Source: a virus (Duplodnaviria > Caudoviricetes). Taken from it: 58,778 nucleotides of DNA. The stretch spans positions 1 to 58,778 of IMG/VR virus record IMGVR_UViG_3300028025_003040. The stretch is one strand, 5' to 3'. Below the pieces are notes generated by a model. That model saw only the letters and a list, made by a program, of their open reading frames with translations, was not told the DNA's origin and ran no database searches. Shown one piece after another: positions 1-7,773 of this stretch (its first letter is position 1; each line of letters opens with the position of its first letter). The position numbers were made by a program, and so were the translations under genes.

Positions 1-90
1 TAAGCCCGAAGAAATCTTAGCGGTAATCGCTGAACTAAATAAACTCGGTAAGGGTTTCACTTATAACATTAGAGAAGTAGAGGTAAAGTA

Positions 91-258
91 ATGATGACTA
101 AATGGGATACTATCCAAGCAGATGTATCAGATGCCTATGTGTATCTAGATGAAGAAGAGATGTATAACAAGGCTCTAGAAGAGGGCTTAGATTTTGGCTC
201 TGATGAATACGATGAAGATGAACTATCTAAATCACTTACACTAGATTGGGATAACTAA
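91..258 (+). CDS. small acidic hypothetical protein (55 aa)
   Basis: Read by hand; ATG after GAGG, abuts the stop of a truncated upstream ORF; below ORF-track cutoff. Confidence 0.6.
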   Translation: MMTKWDTIQADVSDAYVYLDEEEMYNKALEEGLDFGSDEYDEDELSKSLTLDWDN

Positions 259-260
259 TA

Positions 261-416
261 ATGATTAGCGACGGATTAGAATTACTACTAAGCGAATATG
301 GATTAGAGTTAGATAGTTTCTTAGGGGCTATCTATCTACCATGGCACACTATCGCTATCACCGCCCTACTAATAACCGCTTATAAGATTTATAAGAGAAA
401 GAAGATAACTAAATGA
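261..416 (+). CDS. small putative membrane protein (51 aa)
   Basis: Read by hand; hydrophobic C-terminal half followed by basic tail; tight gene packing. Confidence 0.55.
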   Translation: MISDGLELLLSEYGLELDSFLGAIYLPWHTIAITALLITAYKIYKRKKITK

Positions 417-523
417 ATAGACTACTAACTACTATCGTGCAACTAGCCTTAGCAGTACCCGCCTACTATTGTGTGCGCTACATGATCGCAGACATGAAAG
501 AGATGTGGCGAGAAACACACTAG
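413..523 (+). CDS. small putative membrane protein (36 aa)
   Basis: ATGA overlap with previous ORF; hydrophobic N-terminus. Confidence 0.5.
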   Translation: MNRLLTTIVQLALAVPAYYCVRYMIADMKEMWRETH

Positions 524-570
524 GATAACGGCGTGTCGCCTTGACAAAGGCGGTGGCTGCCCCTAATCTT

Positions 571-619
571 TTGCGGGGTCGGGCGTGTCGTTACGTGATT
601 GTTATAAATTACCCTGGAT
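571..619 (+). repeat. tripartite element copy 1 (TTGNGGG-N13-TTACG-N15/16-CCCTGRAA)
   Basis: TTGCGGG 571, TTACG 591, CCCTGGAT 612; 571-595 is identical to 1902-1926. Confidence 0.85.
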
Positions 620-660
620 TTTACGGCGTGTCGATTTGACAGACAAATCGGACATTTTGG

Positions 661-676
661 TGTGATGTGATTCACA
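661..676. promoter_or_regulatory. CRP-family binding site
   Basis: TGTGA-TGTGAT-TCACA, exact TGTGA-N6-TCACA. Confidence 0.65.
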
Positions 677-724
677 TGACTTGAGCGTCTCATATCGTGG
701 AATTACTGGCTAGTAGGTAGAAAA

Positions 725-747
725 TTGTCGGTGGCTTAGGCTATAAT
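725..747 (+). promoter_or_regulatory. RecA-NDp/PafBC-type promoter
   Basis: TTGTCGGTG-N8-TATAAT upstream of ORF 777. Confidence 0.8.
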
Positions 748-776
748 AGCGGTATAACGAAAGGAAGTGGCTAACA

Positions 777-977
777 ATGGCTAACTTATACACAATAGAA
801 AACTTGCTAATCGGCAAGACTTACAACTCAAAAACTTTGCGTGGAGAAATTATCTCAGCAGAAAAACACCCGAAGGCAATTTGGTATGGAGAAAATACCG
901 AAGCCTATTTGGTAGAAATCAACGCTGGAACTTTCCGCAATAAATTCCGCACAATAGCGGTGAAGGTTGGTGAGTAA
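777..977 (+). CDS. hypothetical protein
   Basis: ORF track; SD AACGAAAGGAA at 756. Confidence 0.8.
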   Translation: MANLYTIENLLIGKTYNSKTLRGEIISAEKHPKAIWYGENTEAYLVEINAGTFRNKFRTIAVKVGE

Positions 978-979
978 TA

Positions 980-1102
980 ATGGGATACATTGAAATTTTT
1001 AGAGTAAATGAAGAAGGTGCTGGCTGGGTAGATTTATCCGAAGCCACACCCGAAGAAATCTTAGATTTAGAAATCGGACTATTTCAGGAAGGTGCTATCT
1101 AA
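980..1102 (+). CDS. small hypothetical protein (40 aa)
   Basis: Read by hand; packed between neighbours. Confidence 0.55.
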   Translation: MGYIEIFRVNEEGAGWVDLSEATPEEILDLEIGLFQEGAI

Positions 1103-1164
1103 TGAATTTAGAAGAATTTAAAAAAAGCGTTATCGCTCAGCGTGAAGCAAGCAAGGCGCAGGCC

Positions 1165-1187
1165 TTGTCGGTGCTATCTGCTACAAT
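1165..1187 (+). promoter_or_regulatory. RecA-NDp/PafBC-type promoter
   Basis: TTGTCGGTG-N8-TACAAT. Confidence 0.75.
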
Positions 1188-1219
1188 TACAACTCAAACA
1201 AACGAAGGGGAAAACCTAA

Positions 1220-1384
1220 ATGGCTAAAGTAAAAGAATACATAGAAATTATCGCAGCGAATTGCGATGAATGCGGTGGCGCAGGATTTTTATTCTGGGGC
1301 AACGAAAAAAACTTTGATGTAGAGCCTTGCGCTTGCGTAGATGAAATTGCAGATGAACTAACAGTAGATTGGGTAAATGACTAA
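1220..1384 (+). CDS. small Zn-finger-like protein (54 aa)
   Basis: Read by hand: CDECGGAG...CAC; SD AACGAAGGGG. Confidence 0.65.
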   Translation: MAKVKEYIEIIAANCDECGGAGFLFWGNEKNFDVEPCACVDEIADELTVDWVND

Positions 1385-1587
1385 TGTATAAACTAACTAT
1401 TGCTTATGACGGAAATGCGCCACTAATAACTGAAACTTATTCAGACGCATTAACCGCCGTTCATTCTTTTGATAAATGCTCAGACTTTGGCGACGCTAAA
1501 GAATACGCAACTTATAATTTGTCAGAGCCTAATGGTAAAATGCACACTAAGAACTTCTACCGAAATGGAAAGGTATCACAAAAATGA
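1384..1587 (+). CDS. hypothetical protein
   Basis: ORF track; TAATG coupling. Confidence 0.75.
   Translation: MYKLTIAYDGNAPLITETYSDALTAVHSFDKCSDFGDAKEYATYNLSEPNGKMHTKNFYRNGKVSQK
1519..1541 (+). promoter_or_regulatory. RecA-NDp/PafBC-type promoter (intragenic)
   Basis: TTGTCAGAG-N8-TAAAAT. Confidence 0.6.
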
Positions 1588-1775
1588 TGACACGAAAAGA
1601 TTATATCGCAACCGCAGAAATTCTAAACTATGTTAGCAATAAAACGCACCCCGCTGTTTTTTCTAAAATGGTAAATGATTTTGCGGAAATGTTTGCAAAA
1701 GATAATGAGCGATTTGATGTAAAAAGATTTCACGAAGCGAGTGGGTACAATGTTCCTAACTTCTCTTCAAGATAA
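1584..1775 (+). CDS. hypothetical protein
   Basis: ORF track; ATGA coupling. Confidence 0.75.
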   Translation: MMTRKDYIATAEILNYVSNKTHPAVFSKMVNDFAEMFAKDNERFDVKRFHEASGYNVPNFSSR

Positions 1776-1881
1776 AGTAAAACGCATTCAGGAATTGCGT
1801 CGCAGTAATGCGGCGCAACCTGTTCGCAATAAAAAAAAATACACACGCAAGATCAAACATAAAAATAAACTTGACAATTAG
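1750..1881 (+). CDS. small basic protein (43 aa)
   Basis: Read by hand: MFLTSLQDKVKRIQELRRSNAAQPVRNKKKYTRKIKHKNKLDN. Confidence 0.5.
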   Translation: MFLTSLQDKVKRIQELRRSNAAQPVRNKKKYTRKIKHKNKLDN

Positions 1882-1901
1882 CGCAGCTGGCCCGCAATAC
1901 G

Positions 1902-1950
1902 TTGCGGGGTCGGGCGTGTCGTTACGGGTGTGATCAAAAACACCCTGGAA
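1902..1950 (+). repeat. tripartite element copy 2
   Basis: TTGCGGG 1902, TTACG 1922, CCCTGGAA 1943. Confidence 0.85.
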
Positions 1951-1971
1951 ATTTTGGGCGTGTTGCAAAAA

Positions 1972-1994
1972 ATGTCAGTGGCCTGTGGTATTAT
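1972..1994 (+). promoter_or_regulatory. RecA-NDp/PafBC-type promoter
   Basis: ATGTCAGTG-N8-TATTAT. Confidence 0.75.
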
Positions 1995-2023
1995 TCCATT
2001 ATCAACAAACGAAAGGTCAACTC

Positions 2024-2179
2024 ATGAACGATATCAACTCATGCTACTGTACTAACTACTCTATCTGCACAATTTGTGCACGAGGCTATTCTAGCGAAGG
2101 AATGGCCGTGTATGATCGTGATCTAGCGCAAGACTGGGCCATGTCAAGAATGGCCGATGCAGAAATGGGGGATTTATAA
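2024..2179 (+). CDS. small Cys-rich hypothetical protein
   Basis: Track ORF 1985 re-started at the ATG after SD AACGAAAGG (2008). Confidence 0.65.
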   Translation: MNDINSCYCTNYSICTICARGYSSEGMAVYDRDLAQDWAMSRMADAEMGDL

Positions 2180-2201
2180 TGTCAGACCGTCCTGTTATAA
2201 T
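2179..2201 (+). promoter_or_regulatory. RecA-NDp/PafBC-type promoter
   Basis: ATGTCAGAC-N8-TATAAT; overlaps a 34-aa CxxC..CxxC ORF at 2179-2283. Confidence 0.7.
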
Positions 2202-2282
2202 AAACTGTTCCATATGCGATACGCCTACCGAGGGCCTATGGTTTAGTATTGGCGATGTGATAACCTGTGAGGAGTGTTGGTA

Positions 2283-3002
2283 ATGAAATTAAAACGTTCT
2301 AACGATAGAAAGGTGGCTAACCTTGTCACAAAAAATGGAAAGCAAGCAGCAATTGCAAACACGTTCGGATTACCCGCAGGAAAAGACTTTTCATGTCCTG
2401 GTGCTACGTCTATCTGTGAGACTGTTTGCTACGCTGGGAAACTTGAAAAACTATTCAAGGGAGTAAAGACTAATCTCCTGCACAATTGGGAATTACTACG
2501 CAATGCAGATATGGATAGCATGCTGCTATTGCTTGATGAAATGATTGTTGAATTCGTCAATGATTGCAATAAGAAAGACGCTCCTAAGTTATTCCGTATC
2601 CACTGGGACGGAGATTTCTTCAATGATACTTATACATATGCCTGGAAGACTGTTATCTCTAATCATCCCGATGTTCAATTTTGGGTTTATACACGTGTAA
2701 AGTCTGCAGCGCTTATTCTTAAGGATGTTACTAATCTTTCACTGTACTATTCCACCGACGATGAGAATAAGGAAATTGGCCACGAGTTAAAGAAGAATTC
2801 TGGTATCCGCCTTGCTTATCTAGGAAAGACATTCGCCTTAACCGAAAGCACAATGAAAGAGTTAACGGGGAGGCCTGGCGCTAAGTGTCCTGAAAATATG
2901 AAATCTATTCCACTAATTAGCAATGCAGGCTCCGCATGCGTATCATGCGGCTTATGTGTCTACGGTAAAGCAGACATTCGATTTAGCGCAACTAAAAAAT
3001 AA
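2283..3002 (+). CDS. phage gp88-like protein (radical-SAM-related fold)
   Basis: CPGATSICETVCYA Cys cluster, RIHWDGDF and WVYTR motifs, C-terminal CxxCxxC. Confidence 0.7.
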   Translation: MKLKRSNDRKVANLVTKNGKQAAIANTFGLPAGKDFSCPGATSICETVCYAGKLEKLFKGVKTNLLHNWELLRNADMDSMLLLLDEMIVEFVNDCNKKDAPKLFRIHWDGDFFNDTYTYAWKTVISNHPDVQFWVYTRVKSAALILKDVTNLSLYYSTDDENKEIGHELKKNSGIRLAYLGKTFALTESTMKELTGRPGAKCPENMKSIPLISNAGSACVSCGLCVYGKADIRFSATKK

Positions 3003-3011
3003 GGAGACAAA

Positions 3012-3146
3012 ATGCAAAATCCATTCTATACAATGCCCCTTGGTTACATGAATGCATTAATAGCTAGCGTGACTGGCGATGAAGAATCTTCTAAGCTGGC
3101 TAAAGAATATTTAGCAGATGTTGATCCCGACACTTGGTCCGATTAG
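3012..3146 (+). CDS. small hypothetical protein (44 aa)
   Basis: Read by hand; AAGGAG SD. Confidence 0.55.
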   Translation: MQNPFYTMPLGYMNALIASVTGDEESSKLAKEYLADVDPDTWSD

Positions 3147-3175
3147 CTTGACAAACTAGATCAAAGCCCGCAACG

Positions 3176-3223
3176 TTGCGGGGTTATCCACAGTTTTACG
3201 AGAGTTATCCACAACCCCTGAAA
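3176..3223 (+). repeat. tripartite element copy 3, both spacers filled by DnaA boxes
   Basis: TTGCGGG 3176, TTACG 3196, CCCTGAAA 3216; TTATCCACA at 3184 and 3205. Confidence 0.85.
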
Positions 3224-3224
3224 A

Positions 3225-3240
3225 TGTGAGGTTAATCACA
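3225..3240. promoter_or_regulatory. CRP-family binding site
   Basis: TGTGA-GGTTAA-TCACA. Confidence 0.65.
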
Positions 3241-3272
3241 AAAGCTGCGACACGCCGAGAATGGATTAGGTA

Positions 3273-3295
3273 ATGTCGGTGGCTTAGTGTAAAAT
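3273..3295 (+). promoter_or_regulatory. RecA-NDp/PafBC-type promoter
   Basis: ATGTCGGTG-N8-TAAAAT. Confidence 0.75.
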
Positions 3296-3324
3296 ACCAT
3301 TATCAACCAAACGAAAGGCAACAA

Positions 3325-3531
3325 ATGAAAATCATCAGCCACTCTCTAAACTTCGTTACTGAAATTGACGAAACAAATCCAACTGCACAACGCTTACTTG
3401 CGTTACCTGAAAAGGAACAAATCCTTATGCTAGAAGGAATGTTAAAGTCTATCTTGCTTCCTAAGATTACTCCAGTTATCGACGAAGTAAATGAAGGTGG
3501 CTCTTGGGCTATTCTAAAGGTGGTGAAGTAA
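3325..3531 (+). CDS. hypothetical protein
   Basis: ORF track; SD AACGAAAGG at 3310. Confidence 0.8.
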   Translation: MKIISHSLNFVTEIDETNPTAQRLLALPEKEQILMLEGMLKSILLPKITPVIDEVNEGGSWAILKVVK

Positions 3532-3806
3532 TGTTATCAACTGCAACTGCGTTGCTAGACGCAACTAAAGACTCTATGTTCGATGAGGATATCATGGGGC
3601 TTGCGGGTGAACTACACACTCGCAGAAATGAACTTAGCGATGAAATTTTTGCTAAGTACCTATTTATGTATTCATCTGCCCTATCTGCTAAAGTAGCCGA
3701 TAGCATAACTAAGGTATTGCTAACTGAGCAAGAAATGTCAGACCTATGCGCTACAATAGACGAAATGGAAAACCTATCCGAAACTATCCTAGAGGAGAAC
3801 GAGTAA
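3531..3806 (+). CDS. hypothetical protein
   Basis: Track ORF 3504 re-started at TAATG overlap; contains ATGTCAGAC-N8-TACAAT promoter at 3735-3757. Confidence 0.75.
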   Translation: MLSTATALLDATKDSMFDEDIMGLAGELHTRRNELSDEIFAKYLFMYSSALSAKVADSITKVLLTEQEMSDLCATIDEMENLSETILEENE

Positions 3807-4072
3807 TGGGATTAAACACAGCAATAGACTTGGCAGAGAGTTTTGACCTAGACCAATCTATTTTAATTCATCTACAAAGTAATCACTATCCACCCGTACC
3901 CGCATCAATGGTACAACCATGTATCGATGCTATCGATGCCTACTACGATGAGGACTATGATAAATTGATCAAACTGCCTGAGCCAGTATTGTGGAAAGGT
4001 AGAGACGAAGCACCCGCTTCCGCTATCATAGAGGCTCATCACCTAGACGCTTGGCTTCCTGAGTCTTACTGA
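3806..4072 (+). CDS. hypothetical protein
   Basis: Track ORF 3746 re-started at TAATG overlap with GAGGAG SD. Confidence 0.75.
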   Translation: MGLNTAIDLAESFDLDQSILIHLQSNHYPPVPASMVQPCIDAIDAYYDEDYDKLIKLPEPVLWKGRDEAPASAIIEAHHLDAWLPESY

Positions 4073-4118
4073 CGGGTAAGGGGGGTGTGGTACAAATCAC
4101 ACCCCCATAAACTACTAA

Positions 4119-4141
4119 TTGTCGGTGGTATCCGCTATAAT
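4119..4141 (+). promoter_or_regulatory. RecA-NDp/PafBC-type promoter
   Basis: TTGTCGGTG-N8-TATAAT; preceded by inverted repeat 4081-4106 enclosing TGTGG-N6-TCACA. Confidence 0.8.
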
Positions 4142-4169
4142 ACTACCAACACCAAACGAAAGGAAACAA

Positions 4170-4316
4170 ATGCTAGAAATCGGACAGACCTTCACAACAA
4201 CACAGACAGGTATCACAGGTATTATCAAAGCCGTTGATAATCACCCAAGCGGTGTAAATCGTGTGCTACTAGATGTCAATGGCACAGAACGCTGGACAAG
4301 CGTATCTGCTGAATAA
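4170..4316 (+). CDS. small hypothetical protein
   Basis: SD AACGAAAGGAAA at 4155. Confidence 0.7.
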   Translation: MLEIGQTFTTTQTGITGIIKAVDNHPSGVNRVLLDVNGTERWTSVSAE

Positions 4317-4331
4317 TTCCTAATCGGGAAA

Positions 4332-4361
4332 TGTCCTGAGCATGACAACTAAAACTGCTCA
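4332..4361 (+). ncRNA. H-type pseudoknot motif, copy 1
   Basis: TGTC-CTGAGCAT-GACA-actaaaac-TGCTCA. Confidence 0.6.
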
Positions 4362-4388
4362 ACCCACAAACCCAACGAAAGGAATACC

Positions 4389-4805
4389 ATGTCAAGACAA
4401 ATCACAGTAAAGGTAGCAACAGCAAAAGTAATCAAGGCACTAGAGGCTCGTCTAGCAACGCTAGAAAAAGATTACTCATCACAAGAAGCAAACGAAGCCA
4501 AGTATCAAAAAGCCCGTGAAAAGTGGCAGAAAGAAATTGGTAAATGGGCTATTGAGAACTTCTCAAAGGCTGAAAATATCAGAACAAATTATCGTCAATG
4601 GAACAACACTCTTAATGTTGATTTTGACATCATCACAAAGGAAAGCAATTTCCCTACTGAACCTGAAAAAGACTACGAGCAAATCCATCAGCACACTTAT
4701 CGTGAGATGAAAGAGGACATCACAAATGCCCTAACAATTCTCAAAATGACAGATGAGGAAACAGTAAATGCTTCCACAATGAAGCAGATTGCTAAGTATC
4801 TCTAA
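4389..4805 (+). CDS. hypothetical coiled-coil protein
   Basis: ORF track; SD CAACGAAAGGAA at 4373. Confidence 0.85.
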   Translation: MSRQITVKVATAKVIKALEARLATLEKDYSSQEANEAKYQKAREKWQKEIGKWAIENFSKAENIRTNYRQWNNTLNVDFDIITKESNFPTEPEKDYEQIHQHTYREMKEDITNALTILKMTDEETVNASTMKQIAKYL

Positions 4806-4878
4806 CTGATGGCAGGGGGCTAGACAAAATCTAGCCCCCAATGCTACAATAGTTATCCCTACTAACAAAGGAAACAAA

Positions 4879-5103
4879 ATGCGTAATCGCTTTAGAATTG
4901 AAATCTATGACGCAAACAAAGCAAATGATTTAACAATGTACTCAGAGCAAGGCGTAGACAAAGAGTATCTAACTGAATTAGTATTCTCTAACCTCCGCCG
5001 TTTTAATGGTAAAGTTCGTGCCTATGTTTATGATAGCGTAAAGAAAAAGAAAATCACCGCAATGTTTCTTAATGAAGAAACAGTTGCTTCCTTAAATAAA
5101 TAA
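4879..5103 (+). CDS. hypothetical protein
   Basis: ORF track; SD AAAGGAAA; upstream hairpin 4816-4839. Confidence 0.75.
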   Translation: MRNRFRIEIYDANKANDLTMYSEQGVDKEYLTELVFSNLRRFNGKVRAYVYDSVKKKKITAMFLNEETVASLNK

Positions 5104-5108
5104 GAGCT

Positions 5109-5135
5109 TGGGGCGGGATCAAACTCGCCCCATTT
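5109..5135 (+). terminator. putative intrinsic terminator
   Basis: TGGGGCGGG-atcaaa-CTCGCCCCA-TTT right after the stop codon. Confidence 0.55.
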
Positions 5136-5166
5136 CCCAAATGTCCGTTTTGTCTGCCCCCATTCG

Positions 5167-5214
5167 TTGAGGGGTTTTCCACATGTTTACGACAAGCTGT
5201 GGATAACCCTGAAA
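5167..5214 (+). repeat. tripartite element copy 4 with DnaA boxes in both spacers
   Basis: TTGAGGG 5167, TTACG 5187, CCCTGAAA 5207; TTTTCCACA 5175 and TGTGGATAA 5198. Confidence 0.85.
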
Positions 5215-5217
5215 ATT

Positions 5218-5233
5218 TGTGAGATTGATCACA
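5218..5233. promoter_or_regulatory. CRP-family binding site
   Basis: TGTGA-GATTGA-TCACA. Confidence 0.65.
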
Positions 5234-5270
5234 TGACGCAATTCGGACAAATGACTCCTTAGACTAGTAA

Positions 5271-5293
5271 ATGTCAGACCCCTATGTTATACT
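5271..5293 (+). promoter_or_regulatory. RecA-NDp/PafBC-type promoter
   Basis: ATGTCAGAC-N8-TATACT. Confidence 0.75.
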
Positions 5294-5320
5294 AATCAAA
5301 CAATCAACCGAAAGGAAATC

Positions 5321-6325
5321 ATGGCTCACAATCTCGAAACCGAAAACGGCGAAGTTGCATTTGCTCTTCGTGGCGCACCTGCTTGGCATAACCTTGCCAA
5401 TCGTATCTTCAATCAAGATGAAGAAGTTACAACACAAACAATGCTTGATGAAGCAAAACTATCCAACTGGAATGTTCGCTTATCTCCATTGACCGACCAC
5501 ATTTCAGAATCTTGGAATGATGTATCAAATGCATCTCTTGTCATTCGTGACAACCCATTCAATAAGGGAATCGATGTTCTTGCAACTGTTGGCAAACGTT
5601 ACAAGCCTGTGCAGAATGAAGAACTATTTGCATTCGCTGATGCAATTCACGATGCCAATGCTGATTGCCGTTGGGAATCTGCGGGTTCTCTTAAGAAAGG
5701 CAAAGTTGTATTTGGTACTGTAGATATTCCTCGCACAATGGTTCTTGACCCACAAGGCGCCAATGACCAAACAAAGTTATATCTAATCGTATGGACATCA
5801 CACGATGGTTCTGTTGCCGTTCAAGCAGCGGTTACACCTGTTCGTGTTGTATGTCAAAACACGCTAAACCTTGCAATGAAGAATGCTAAGCAATCTTTCA
5901 AGATTCGCCACACGCAATCTGTTGAAGGTCGCATTCAAGTTGCTCGTGAAACTCTTGGGCTTGCTCTTGGTTATTTCGATGAATTCGAAGTTCAAGCAAA
6001 GGCTCTTTATTCACAAGCAATTACCGATGCTGAATTCTCTAAGTTAATTCAGACAATCTATCCTAAGCCTGAAAAAGATGCTAAGGGTGCATTGAAGAAG
6101 TGGGAAAATAAAGTTGTTCTAATTGACGACCTTTATCATAACTCACCAACCAATGCGACAATCAAGGGAACAAAGTGGGGTGCATTCAATGCACTAACTG
6201 AGCGCCTTGATTACTACCGCTCTGGTCGTGGTAATTCAGAATCCCTAATGGCGGGTGCAAGTGGTTTTGACCCAATCTTAACCGCAGAAAAAAATAAGTT
6301 GTATCGAATGGTTGCAACTTTCTAA
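5321..6325 (+). CDS. DUF932-family (TIGR03299-like) phage/plasmid protein
   Basis: MAHNLE..PAWH, YKPVQN, ESAGSL, SHDGS, TPVRVVCQNTL, GTKWGAFNALTE motifs. Confidence 0.85.
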   Translation: MAHNLETENGEVAFALRGAPAWHNLANRIFNQDEEVTTQTMLDEAKLSNWNVRLSPLTDHISESWNDVSNASLVIRDNPFNKGIDVLATVGKRYKPVQNEELFAFADAIHDANADCRWESAGSLKKGKVVFGTVDIPRTMVLDPQGANDQTKLYLIVWTSHDGSVAVQAAVTPVRVVCQNTLNLAMKNAKQSFKIRHTQSVEGRIQVARETLGLALGYFDEFEVQAKALYSQAITDAEFSKLIQTIYPKPEKDAKGALKKWENKVVLIDDLYHNSPTNATIKGTKWGAFNALTERLDYYRSGRGNSESLMAGASGFDPILTAEKNKLYRMVATF

Positions 6326-6331
6326 ATAATA

Positions 6332-6360
6332 AAATCCTGAGCAAGATTTAAAACTGCTCA
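6332..6360 (+). ncRNA. H-type pseudoknot motif, copy 2
   Basis: AAATC-CTGAGCAA-GATTT-aaaac-TGCTCA, 6 nt before tRNA-Asp. Confidence 0.6.
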
Positions 6361-6366
6361 CCATTT

Positions 6367-6443
6367 GGTCCATTAGCTCAGTTGGTTAGAGCGCTACCCT
6401 GTCACGGTAGAGGTCGACGGTTCAAGTCCGTTATGGATCGCCA
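6367..6443 (+). tRNA. tRNA-Asp(GTC)
   Basis: Cloverleaf; anticodon arm CTACC-CTGTCAC-GGTAG; TTCAAGT T-loop; encoded CCA. Confidence 0.93.
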
Positions 6444-6473
6444 GGTGTATCAAAATGTGAGACGCCCCCAAGA

Positions 6474-6522
6474 TTGAAGGCAGGATTTTTGTGTTACGAA
6501 TCACAAAAAAATTACCCTGGAA
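6474..6522 (+). repeat. tripartite element copy 5 with overlapping CRP-like site
   Basis: TTGAAGG 6474, TTACG 6494, CCCTGGAA 6515; TGTGT-TACGAA-TCACA 6490-6505. Confidence 0.8.
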
Positions 6523-6533
6523 AGCTATTGTAA

Positions 6534-6556
6534 ATGTCAGTGGCACCCACTATAAT
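6534..6556 (+). promoter_or_regulatory. RecA-NDp/PafBC-type promoter
   Basis: ATGTCAGTG-N8-TATAAT; second copy GTGTCAGAC-N8-TAGAAT at 6679-6701. Confidence 0.75.
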
Positions 6557-6562
6557 AGCGAC

Positions 6563-7207
6563 ATGTTCAAATCATATTGGTATGTGTGTACATCTTGTGA
6601 TGCATCTATTGAGATCGTATCTAAGGGAATACATTTTCAGGACCCGTCCTGTAATTGTTCAGACCCAGCAGTTGTATGGTGTCAGACCAGTGTGGTAGAA
6701 TCATCCACTAACCAAACGAAAGAGGAACAAATGGAAGAAACAACATATGGAGCAACAGTAACACCTGCAGTAACCGTGCCTGACACATACAATCCTAATC
6801 TATTGGTAACCTATAAAGTTATCCACGGATATTCAGATGCAGAATACGCAACTGATAAGGTCACATCAATTGAATGGGACTTGCACAATGCACGTCAAGC
6901 ACAGAAGCGTAATGCAGTTTTTCAAGATAAGATTGATGCAGTCAAGCAAATTATCTGCGAAGCATATGCAGATTCACAAGACCAAGACACATTGCGTGAA
7001 ATTGCTGAAGCGCTTGATATTGAACTTGTCAAGGAAGTTGAGTGGACTGCATCTATCGAAGTTAGCGGAACATATTCATACAACATTCTTGAGAATGATT
7101 ACGAGTTAGACCTCGAGTCAGATATTACAGATGCAATCTTTGCTGATTCACATCACGGAAACATTGAAATTAATGACCAAGAAGTATGTAATGTTAGGGA
7201 AGCCTAA
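6563..7207 (+). CDS. hypothetical protein with N-terminal Zn-ribbon; alternative start at 6731
   Basis: Track ORF 6491; ATG 6563 lies 6 nt after a -10 box; ATG 6731 has its own SD and promoter. Confidence 0.7.
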   Translation: MFKSYWYVCTSCDASIEIVSKGIHFQDPSCNCSDPAVVWCQTSVVESSTNQTKEEQMEETTYGATVTPAVTVPDTYNPNLLVTYKVIHGYSDAEYATDKVTSIEWDLHNARQAQKRNAVFQDKIDAVKQIICEAYADSQDQDTLREIAEALDIELVKEVEWTASIEVSGTYSYNILENDYELDLESDITDAIFADSHHGNIEINDQEVCNVREA

Positions 7208-7422
7208 TGTATTTTGAACTAAAGGCACCAAACCAGTTGGCCCTGCAAGGGGCCTTCTGGGAAGCCGAAGTAGTTGGTCTTGACCCTGAATTAAATTCAC
7301 AACCATTGACATTCAATATCGGAACTGGTAGCATAGAGAAGGTGAGTCGCATTCGTGATAAGTATAACTTAGTAGAGTCATACACTAGCGATTACGAGCC
7401 AACAGGATATACAAGGAGATAA
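7207..7422 (+). CDS. hypothetical protein
   Basis: ORF track; TAATG coupling. Confidence 0.75.
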   Translation: MYFELKAPNQLALQGAFWEAEVVGLDPELNSQPLTFNIGTGSIEKVSRIRDKYNLVESYTSDYEPTGYTRR

Positions 7423-7423
7423 A

Positions 7424-7570
7424 ATGTCAGACTATAAAGATGGTTTCACAGATGGCGTTAAGTGGGCTAAGGAAGACTTAGCAGAGCGCCTACGTGAAAT
7501 TGATATTATGGATATCGATTCGTGGATGTTAGATAGACTAGCAGATATGATAGAGGGCGGAGATCTCTAA
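7424..7570 (+). CDS. small hypothetical protein (48 aa)
   Basis: Read by hand; AAGGAG SD. Confidence 0.65.
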   Translation: MSDYKDGFTDGVKWAKEDLAERLREIDIMDIDSWMLDRLADMIEGGDL

Positions 7571-7773
7571 TGGAAGATTTAACTAGATGGATCGGCTGCG
7601 ATCAATGCGGGACAGCTCAAGCAATGTATCTAATTAAACTAGTAGATGGTGAGCTGTACTTTTGTCACCACCACTATAATAAAAACAAAGAGGCCCTTGA
7701 CAAGGTTTCATTTGAAATGATAGAATTGAATAAAACAGAAGAAGTACCTCAACTAGAAACGGCGGAAATATAA
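7570..7773 (+). CDS. small Zn-binding protein
   Basis: CDQC...FCHHH motif. Confidence 0.7.
   Translation: MEDLTRWIGCDQCGTAQAMYLIKLVDGELYFCHHHYNKNKEALDKVSFEMIELNKTEEVPQLETAEI

Noticed and set aside
621-625. Extra TTACG as a tenth tripartite copy
   Set aside because: Neither flanking block is at the required distance.
4332-4361. Hammerhead or HDV-like ribozyme reading of the CTGAGCA motif
   Set aside because: It lacks the CUGAUGA/GAAA three-stem core and the nested double pseudoknot; only a simple H-type fold is supported.
7424-7446. A 15th RecA-NDp-like site (ATGTCAGAC)
   Set aside because: No TAnnnT at the 8-nt spacing; it is the Met-Ser-Asp start of an ORF.
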